Positions 57,589 to 64,000 of a stretch of DNA of 64,000 bases are shown here, one piece after another. The position numbers and the translations under genes are program-made. Positions within the stretch are counted from its first letter, which is position 1. Every line of letters starts with the position of its first letter. The stretch covers positions 1 through 64,000 of the forward strand of contig CBDCAF010000016.1 of the NCBI GenBank assembly GCA_965213675.1, read 5' to 3'. The notes below the pieces were generated by a model, which was not told the origin of the DNA, did no database searches, and was given only the letters and a program-made list of their open reading frames with translations. The stretch is from an uncultured Candidatus Binatia bacterium. Lineage in GTDB: Bacteria; Desulfobacterota; Binatia; UBA9968; JAJDTQ01.

Positions 57589-58731
57589 TCAGGACGACGC
57601 GCCGCCGCGGTCCGCGGCCTTGCGGCATTCCGCCTCCACCGCCGCGAGCAGTTTGTCGAAGGCGTCGGAGAATAGTCGCACGCCGTCTTCCAGGAGCTTG
57701 TCCGTCACCTCCTTCATGGACACGCCCGCGGCCTCGAGGGCCGCCATCGTCCCTGCCGCGGCCTCGACATCTTCCTCCAGGCTGTTCCGCGCCTTGCCGT
57801 GATCCCGGAACGCGTCCAGCGTGGCGGGCGGAATGGTGTTGACCGTGTCCGCGCCGATGAGCTCGTCGACGTACCGCACGTCGGGATAGTCCGGGTTCTT
57901 GGTGCTGGTGCTGGCCCACAGGAGCCGTTGGGGCCGCGCGCCCCTGCCCGCCAGCGCCTGCCAGCCTTCGCCCTGGAGGATCTCCTTGTAGCGCTTGTAC
58001 GTCACCTTGGCGTTGGCGATGGCGACCTGGCCCATGAGGGCGCGCAAACGTTCCTTCTCCCCTTCGGCGGCGGTCTCCATGCGCTTCGCGAGGGTGTCGT
58101 CCACCAAAGTGTCGATGCGCGAGATGAAGAAACTCGCGACGCTGGCGATGCGCGCCACGTCGCGCCCGCCGGCGGCGGCCTGGGCCAGCCCGCGGATGTA
58201 GGCCTGCGCCACCTGCTCGTAGGCCTCCCGGGCGAACAGCAGGGTCACGTTGACGCTGATGCCTTCGCCGATCAAGCGCTCGATGGCCGGCACTCCCGCG
58301 GGCGTGCCCGGTACCTTGATCATCAGGTTGTCCCGCGCCACCGTGTTCCACAGCCGCCGGGCCTCGGCCACGGTTCCCTCGGTGTCGTGGGCGAGGTAGG
58401 GCGACACCTCCAGGCTGACGTAGCCGTCGCGGCCGTCGGTCTCGTCGTACACGGTCCGCAGCACGTCCGCCGCCTCCTGGATGTCGCGGGTGGCGATGGC
58501 CTCGTAGACCGCCTTGGGGTCCGCCGGCCCGTCTACGCTGCGCGCGAGGAGATCGTCGTAGTCGTCGCTGTCCGCCACCGCTTTCTCGAAGATGGCCGGA
58601 TTGGACGTCACCCCCGTGAGGCCGTCCTCGTCCACCAGACGCCGCAACGCGCCGCCGGTGAGCAGCTTCCGCTGGATGAAGTCCAGCCAGACGGACTGGC
58701 CGTGTTCGTTCAGTGTCTTCAAGGGGTTCAT
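57589..58731 (-). CDS. tal: Transaldolase
   Basis: [38 protein letters not shown]. Confidence 0.96.
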   Translation of the reverse strand: MNPLKTLNEHGQSVWLDFIQRKLLTGGALRRLVDEDGLTGVTSNPAIFEKAVADSDDYDDLLARSVDGPADPKAVYEAIATRDIQEAADVLRTVYDETDGRDGYVSLEVSPYLAHDTEGTVAEARRLWNTVARDNLMIKVPGTPAGVPAIERLIGEGISVNVTLLFAREAYEQVAQAYIRGLAQAAAGGRDVARIASVASFFISRIDTLVDDTLAKRMETAAEGEKERLRALMGQVAIANAKVTYKRYKEILQGEGWQALAGRGARPQRLLWASTSTKNPDYPDVRYVDELIGADTVNTIPPATLDAFRDHGKARNSLEEDVEAAAGTMAALEAAGVSMKEVTDKLLEDGVRLFSDAFDKLLAAVEAECRKAADRGGASS

Positions 58732-60794
58732 GTTCTCCTCCGTGCGAGCTGCTCTCTGGCCGCTGCGACGATGTCGGCCGCGGTAAAGCCGAACTTTTCC
58801 TGCAGGTCCTTGAGGGGCGCTGACGCGCCAAAGGAGCGCATGCCGATCTGGTGGCCGGTGAGGCCGGTGTACTTGCTCCAGCCGAACACCGACGCCTGCT
58901 CCACCGACACCCGCGCCGTGACCTCCGGCGGGATCACGCTGTCGCGGTAGTCCGCGTCCTGGTCGTCGAACAACTCCCAACACGGCATGCTCACCACCCG
59001 CGCCTTGACGCCTTCCGCCGTCAAGGTCTCGTAGGCCTCCACGCACAGGGATACCTCGCTGCCGGTGGCCAGCAGCAGCACCTCGGGCTTCCCGCCGGGG
59101 GCGTCCGCAAGCACGTAGGCGCCCCGGGCCACGCCGTCGGCCGAGCCGTAGCGGGTGCGGTTCAGGGTCGGCAGCGCCTGCCGCGTGAGGACCAGCACCG
59201 CGGGCTCGTGGTGCAGCTTCATGATGACCTTCCACGCCTCGGTGACCTCGTTGGCGTCGGCCGGGCGCAGCACCATCAGGCCCGGAACGGCCCGCAGCGA
59301 GGCCAGATGCTCCACCGGCTGGTGCGTGGGCCCGTCCTCCCCCACTCCGATGGAATCGTGGGTGAAGACGTGGACCACCGGCAGTTCCATGAGCGCGCTC
59401 AGCCGCATGGCGCCGCGGGCGTAGTCGCTGAAGATGAGGAAGCCCGCGCCGAAGGCGCGCACCTTGACCAGCGCCATGCCGTTCATGACCGAAGCCATGG
59501 CGTGCTCCCGGACGCCGAAATGGAGGTTGCGCCCGGCGGGGTTTTCGGCCGAGAAGTCGCCGGCTTCGTCGAAAGTGAGGCGCGTCTTGGTGGACGGCGC
59601 CAGGTCCGCGGCGCCGCCCAGGAGCCACGGCACGTTCCGCGCCAGCGCGTTCAGCACCTGGCCGGAGGCGTCGCGGCCCGCCAGGCCCTTGGGGTCCACG
59701 GGGAACTCCGGCAGGTCCCGGTCCCAGCCGTTGGGAAGCTGGCGGTGCTGCATCCGGTAGAGTTCGCGGGCATGCTCGGGATACCGCGTCCGGTAGGATT
59801 CGATGCGCGCGAACCATGCGTCCCGCAGGGTCTTTCCGCGCTCTCCCATACCCGCCCGAAAGTGCTCCCGGACTCCCTCGGGAACATGAAACAGCGCATC
59901 CTCGGGCCAACCGTAGCGCCTCTTGGTGAGCTTCACCTCGTCCGCCCCCAGGGGCTCGCCGTGGGCGCCGCTGGTGTCCTGTTTGTTGGGCGAGCCGTAG
60001 CCGATGTGGCTGTCCACGATCATCAGGGTGGGCCGGTCCGTGGTGTGGTGAAACGCGCGGAACGCACGCTCCAGCATCTCCAGGTCGTTGGCGTCACCCA
60101 CCCGGACCACGTTCCAGCCCAAGCCCAGAAAGCGCGTGGCCACGTCATCGGAGAAGGCCAGGGCGGTGTGGCCCTCGATGGTGATGCGGTTGTTGTCGTA
60201 GATCCAGCACAGCTTGGAGAGCTTCAGGTGCGCGGCCAGGGACGCTGCCTCGCCGCTGACGCCCTCCATCATGCAGCCGTCGCCGCACAGGGCATACACG
60301 TCGAAGTCGATGAGGTCCTCGAAGCCGCGCTGATTGTAGCGGGCGGCCATCCAGCGCCCGGCGATGGCCATGCCCACGCTCGTCGCCACCCCCTGTCCCA
60401 AGGGGCCGGTGGTGGTCTCCACTCCCGAGGTCCAGCGGTATTCGGGGTGGCCCGGGCAGCGGCTGTCCAGTTGCCGGAACTGCTTCAGCGCCTCCAGCCG
60501 CACCGATAGTTGGCCGTCGGTCTCGTAGTCCTTGCCCACCGCCTTGACACCGGTGAGATGCAGCAGCGAATAGAGCAGCATGGAAGCGTGCCCGGCCGAT
60601 AGCACGAAGCGGTCCCGGTTGGGCCAGATGGGATCGTCGGGATCGAAGCGCAGAAAGCGCTGCCACAGGCAGTAGGCCACCGGCGCCATCGCCATGGGTG
60701 TGCCCGGATGGCCGGAGTTGGCCTGCTGAACCCCGTCGATGGACAAGGTCCGGATGGTGTTGATGCACAATTCGTCCAGCGTCGCGTCATTCAT
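58728..60794 (-). CDS. tkt: Transketolase
   Basis: [39 protein letters not shown]. Confidence 0.98.
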   Translation of the reverse strand: MNDATLDELCINTIRTLSIDGVQQANSGHPGTPMAMAPVAYCLWQRFLRFDPDDPIWPNRDRFVLSAGHASMLLYSLLHLTGVKAVGKDYETDGQLSVRLEALKQFRQLDSRCPGHPEYRWTSGVETTTGPLGQGVATSVGMAIAGRWMAARYNQRGFEDLIDFDVYALCGDGCMMEGVSGEAASLAAHLKLSKLCWIYDNNRITIEGHTALAFSDDVATRFLGLGWNVVRVGDANDLEMLERAFRAFHHTTDRPTLMIVDSHIGYGSPNKQDTSGAHGEPLGADEVKLTKRRYGWPEDALFHVPEGVREHFRAGMGERGKTLRDAWFARIESYRTRYPEHARELYRMQHRQLPNGWDRDLPEFPVDPKGLAGRDASGQVLNALARNVPWLLGGAADLAPSTKTRLTFDEAGDFSAENPAGRNLHFGVREHAMASVMNGMALVKVRAFGAGFLIFSDYARGAMRLSALMELPVVHVFTHDSIGVGEDGPTHQPVEHLASLRAVPGLMVLRPADANEVTEAWKVIMKLHHEPAVLVLTRQALPTLNRTRYGSADGVARGAYVLADAPGGKPEVLLLATGSEVSLCVEAYETLTAEGVKARVVSMPCWELFDDQDADYRDSVIPPEVTARVSVEQASVFGWSKYTGLTGHQIGMRSFGASAPLKDLQEKFGFTAADIVAAAREQLARRRT

Positions 60795-60927
60795 GGATGA
60801 AACCCCGCGTGTCGTCACTGACTCCTGTTCGGGCCAGGGTCCAGTGTGCCAGAGGACGAGGGCCGAATACAACGCTCCCTGCCCGGCTCACGTGGCTTCC
60901 GCAACCGGCAGCGCTTCCGCAACGCCA

Positions 60928-61040
60928 TCCCTTCGGTCGGTCGATTGAGGAGAATATCAAGTCAAATTTGACGAAATCGAGCGGCCGAAGGAACGGATGA
61001 GAGCGGATTTGCAGCCGTGAATTCCTGCGGCGCAGGCTCC
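60928..61040 (+). repeat. Dispersed structured repeat family B, copy 3
   Basis: Homologous to 1-67 and 7761-7886. Confidence 0.9.
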
Positions 61041-61114
61041 CATGGGCCGTTCGCCCCCTGCCCCGTCGTCAGCCGTGCTAAGCGGACTCCAGTTGATCGC
61101 CGATGGGGAGGGTA

Positions 61115-61545
61115 CGGATACGCTTTCGACCTCGGTCTTCTCGATGCCGAGCGCCTCCGCAACATACTGCCGGGTCTCGTTGGGTGCCTGGGTGGAGGTC
61201 ACGACCCTGACAGGCATACGGGTAGCGTCGGCCAAGGCGACCGGCGGCTCCATCGGCGTGTGGACAAGGTAGGGCACAAAATACTCTGCCTCAACCACCC
61301 GGACGGCCGAGCCCAGCGCCTCGTCAACGTTGCCCCGGTCGCGGATTACGTGGCGGCCGGCTGCGCCCAGTTCGCGCATGACCTCGAAGTGGTGGCGGAT
61401 GCTGCGCGAACCGTCGGTGTTCTGCTGGTCCTTGCCGGCGGGGTCGAACCTGGTCTCGTCGCCCGGCGCCTGCCGGATCCTGACCCGTTGCCAATCGGCT
61501 TCGAGTTCGTCAGCGAGGATCATGGCGATGCCGGTGCGCACGATC
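61115..61545 (-). pseudogene. Fragment of isoquinoline-oxidoreductase-beta-like molybdoenzyme
   Basis: VRTGIAMILADELEADW, QNTDGSRSI joined to AEYFVPYLVHTPMEP, STQAP; both termini missing; boundaries approximate. Confidence 0.75.
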
Positions 61546-61688
61546 ATGGTTCGACCAACGCAACCGGCGCGGAACCTTGCCACCGACCGCGCAGAACCCC
61601 AGAATAGCGGGCGGTATCATCAGAGGCGCGGCGAGGGGATGCGCGTGGCCGCGGGCGCGTGTCACCGCGTTTTTCCCTCGTCTCTCGT

Positions 61689-62936
61689 TCATCGCTGCGG
61701 CGCGTACCAGCCTGCCAGGCCTTTTTGCAACCGGGCGCCGAGCTCTTCGGCGGTCGCCGTCCCGATGATCGCTTCCACCGACGCATCCCAGGTCTCCTGT
61801 TCCAGATTCGGCGTACCCCGCGACAGGATCCGGGACGTGGAACGGATGGTCGAACGGCAGTCGCTACGCCAGAACAGAAACGTGCGAGCCAGCGGGTCGT
61901 CTATCTTCACGGGATGATCCGACAGCGGGTAGAATCCAGGCAACGCATTGGCGTAGAGCGAAGCGAACTCGGCCGAGCTGACCCAGTTCAGGAAGGCCCG
62001 CGCCGCATGCGCATTGGGACTGGCAGTGTTCAGACCAATGGCGATGTCGATGTGGTCGGAAATATGACATTCGTCGCCCGACTCCCGCACGGGCGGCCTG
62101 AAAGCGCCAATGCTGAACCCGGCGCGGGAGTGGAAGCCGGCGATCTCCCAACTCCCGGCGGGATAGACAGCCGCGCGGCCTCGGGCGAAGAGGTCCTGGC
62201 TGTCCCGGTAGCGGCGCGTCTCATACCCGTCTCCCAGATAACGGCGCCACCGGGCCAGTGTCCGGTAGGGGGCAACCCAAGGCTCGTCGGTCAGCTTCTG
62301 CCGGCCGGCGACCAGGGCGCGACGGCCTTCCTCCCCCTTCCAATAGGTCGGCCCGATGTTGTTGTAACCCATGGTCGCGGCTTCCCAGCGGTCGTGGAGG
62401 CCCATCGCCATCGGGACCCAGGAGCCGTCTTCCCGGATTCTTTCAAGGACCGCGAAAAACGCGGCTTCCGTTTCGGGTGGATCGAGACCGAGTTTACCGA
62501 ACGCGTCCCGGTTGTAGAGAAACCCGTGGATCACGGATGCCACCGGCACGCAGAAGGTCGCCGAACCGTCATCCGTCTGCCAAGCTGATTTTGCCGTACT
62601 CGAGAAACTCGCCAAACCAGGCAGGTCGTCGAGTTCGGCGAGGCGCCCGGCTTCGTACAGAGCCAGGGACGCGTCGAATGGACGACACGTGATCAGGTCC
62701 CCCGCGGCGCCCGCATCAAGCCGGGCGCTCAAGGCCGCATCATAGCCGGCGGGCGCCGTCGGCCTGAACCGCACCTCTATATCCGGGTGGCCTGCCTCGA
62801 AGGCCGGTATCAACTTCTCCTCCCAGATGGCGCGGTCGTCCTCTCTCCAGCTTTCGAGGACGACGCTCGTCCGGGCGAAGGCCCCGCCTTGCACAAGCAG
62901 GATAAGCAGAACGAACAATAGACCAAAAGACTTCAT
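61689..62936 (-). CDS. Sugar-type ABC substrate-binding protein
   Basis: Signal peptide; AFEAGHPDIEV, GFLYNRDAF, FARGRAAVYPAGSW. Confidence 0.9.
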   Translation of the reverse strand: MKSFGLLFVLLILLVQGGAFARTSVVLESWREDDRAIWEEKLIPAFEAGHPDIEVRFRPTAPAGYDAALSARLDAGAAGDLITCRPFDASLALYEAGRLAELDDLPGLASFSSTAKSAWQTDDGSATFCVPVASVIHGFLYNRDAFGKLGLDPPETEAAFFAVLERIREDGSWVPMAMGLHDRWEAATMGYNNIGPTYWKGEEGRRALVAGRQKLTDEPWVAPYRTLARWRRYLGDGYETRRYRDSQDLFARGRAAVYPAGSWEIAGFHSRAGFSIGAFRPPVRESGDECHISDHIDIAIGLNTASPNAHAARAFLNWVSSAEFASLYANALPGFYPLSDHPVKIDDPLARTFLFWRSDCRSTIRSTSRILSRGTPNLEQETWDASVEAIIGTATAEELGARLQKGLAGWYAPQR

Positions 62937-63238
62937 CCCGTTTCCCCTGTTCCGTGCGCCGACGTCCTGACGGGAGCCAGCCCCCGAAGGACGCGTGTTC
63001 TCCACCCCGGGACTCATGCCACCGGGCGCATGGCCACGGCCGCAGGTACCCAAACTTCGTTCTTCCCCAACGGAGGTCCTCCCATCCTCCATGCTTGTGC
63101 CGCCGGGGTCGCGGATGACTGCGGCGCCGTGCGTCCGCTACGACGGGCAGTCTTGCACCGTGATCGTCACTATGCCAATGCTGGCCGATTCACCGAGGTC
63201 ACCGGAGAAACTCGACATTCCCGGCTGGAGAAAGGGGG

Positions 63239-63619
63239 ATGTCCTCCATGTGGCGCGTTGCCGTTATGCTCCTGTTCTTGTTGACTGCCTGTTCGGGGAG
63301 CGACAAGAAAACGGCGTTGGAAGTCCTTCGTCATACGGAGGTGGTCGGAGAAATCGCCAAGGTCATCGATTTGGCCGAATACAGCGCCACGGCGACGCGG
63401 CAGGGAGTCCAATGGACCCCCTCGCAGGACCCGGGCGGCATGATCCATTACACCGGAATACACCCTATCTCTGCCGCCTTCCTGTCCAACGAACTGGGAC
63501 CATCTCATAGATCCCTTGTGGTCAACGTCCGGTCCGCGTTGACGGACCACGACGGGCAGGCCGAAATACACCTAACGGTGATTCAGGGTATACTTGGACG
63601 CAGGGGAGCATCACGATGA
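63239..63619 (+). CDS. Hypothetical lipoprotein
   Basis: Lipobox LLTAC; G-rich SD. Confidence 0.6.
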   Translation: MSSMWRVAVMLLFLLTACSGSDKKTALEVLRHTEVVGEIAKVIDLAEYSATATRQGVQWTPSQDPGGMIHYTGIHPISAAFLSNELGPSHRSLVVNVRSALTDHDGQAEIHLTVIQGILGRRGASR

Positions 63620-63703
63620 GGCTTCCGGCGCGAGAGATCATTGTCCGGCTTCGTGCGGACCGATGCAGAAGCCAAACGGTCCTTTGACGACGGGAGGCAT
63701 GGA

Positions 63704-63925
63704 ATGAACATACGCTTAACCCTAGTTGTGGAACGTGAGGATGACGGCTATGTGGCCCTCTGCCCGGAGGTCGATGTCGCGAGCCAGGGCGGAACCGTCG
63801 CAGAGGCACGCGACAATCTTGCCGAGGCGCTTGCTTTGTTCTTCGAGGCTGCAACCGCCGAGGAAGTCGGTCGACGCGTTCGCGACGAGATATATGTGAC
63901 GCAGATTGAGGTTGCGGTTGGCTAG
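63704..63925 (+). CDS. hicB: HicB family antitoxin
   Basis: EREDDGYVALCPEVDVASQGGTVAEARDNLAEA. Confidence 0.9.
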   Translation: MNIRLTLVVEREDDGYVALCPEVDVASQGGTVAEARDNLAEALALFFEAATAEEVGRRVRDEIYVTQIEVAVG

Positions 63926-64000
63926 GCTGCGCGTCCTTTCGGTACGGGATGTCTGCCGCTTTCTCGCCGCGCACGGCTTCGTCGAAGTCCGACTACGCGG
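63918..64000 (+). CDS. hicA: HicA family toxin (partial, runs off the window)
   Basis: TTG start overlapping the hicB stop: MARLRVLSVRDVCRFLAAHGFVEVRLRG. Confidence 0.8.
   Translation, partial: MARLRVLSVRDVCRFLAAHGFVEVRLR

Noticed and set aside
60960-61005. Hammerhead-like words (GAAA, CGGATGAG) in repeat family B
   Set aside because: The core is CGGAUGA rather than CUGAUGA, it varies in copy 2, and stems II/III cannot be formed

Overview
High-GC bacterial chromosome segment. The gene content (many NitT/TauT-type binding proteins, ComDE-like decarboxylase, amidohydrolases) suggests a Binatia/deltaproteobacterial-type organism; this is inference only. The backbone is housekeeping and metabolic: fhs, proC, dksA-like, lolA, ftsK, rnj, plsC-like, hemH, nadK, recN, tRNA-Ala(GGC), glnA, amt and tkt-tal-rpe. 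Accessory parts are as follows. (i) A ~9 kb defence island (22.9-31.7 kb) holds a small-protein/retropepsin pair, a type I R-M operon with an MNT-HEPN cassette placed exactly at the hsdM/hsdS ATGA junction, an IS1202-like end, a dead IS5 and the trailer remnant of a type I-E CRISPR array with no cas genes. (ii) A 3.5 kb cargo (S8 autotransporter-like protease plus a DUF2285-like remnant) lies between nadK and recN, bounded by ends of a resident MITE. (iii) A circularly permuted ATP-grasp/alpha-E/transglutaminase cluster sits directly upstream of glnA-amt. (iv) There is a binding protein/histidine kinase/REC-PP2C/STAS/RsbW-like signalling operon. (v) Several dispersed structured repeat families occur, one showing compensatory base changes. 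The most unusual single element is a 53-aa gene (21003-21164, minus) encoding a signal-like peptide followed by three 10-aa E[IV]xWP repeats, a candidate multi-core signalling or RiPP-like precursor. Family calls come from motif recognition by eye, not database searches. Start codons were adjusted by eye from the ORF track.
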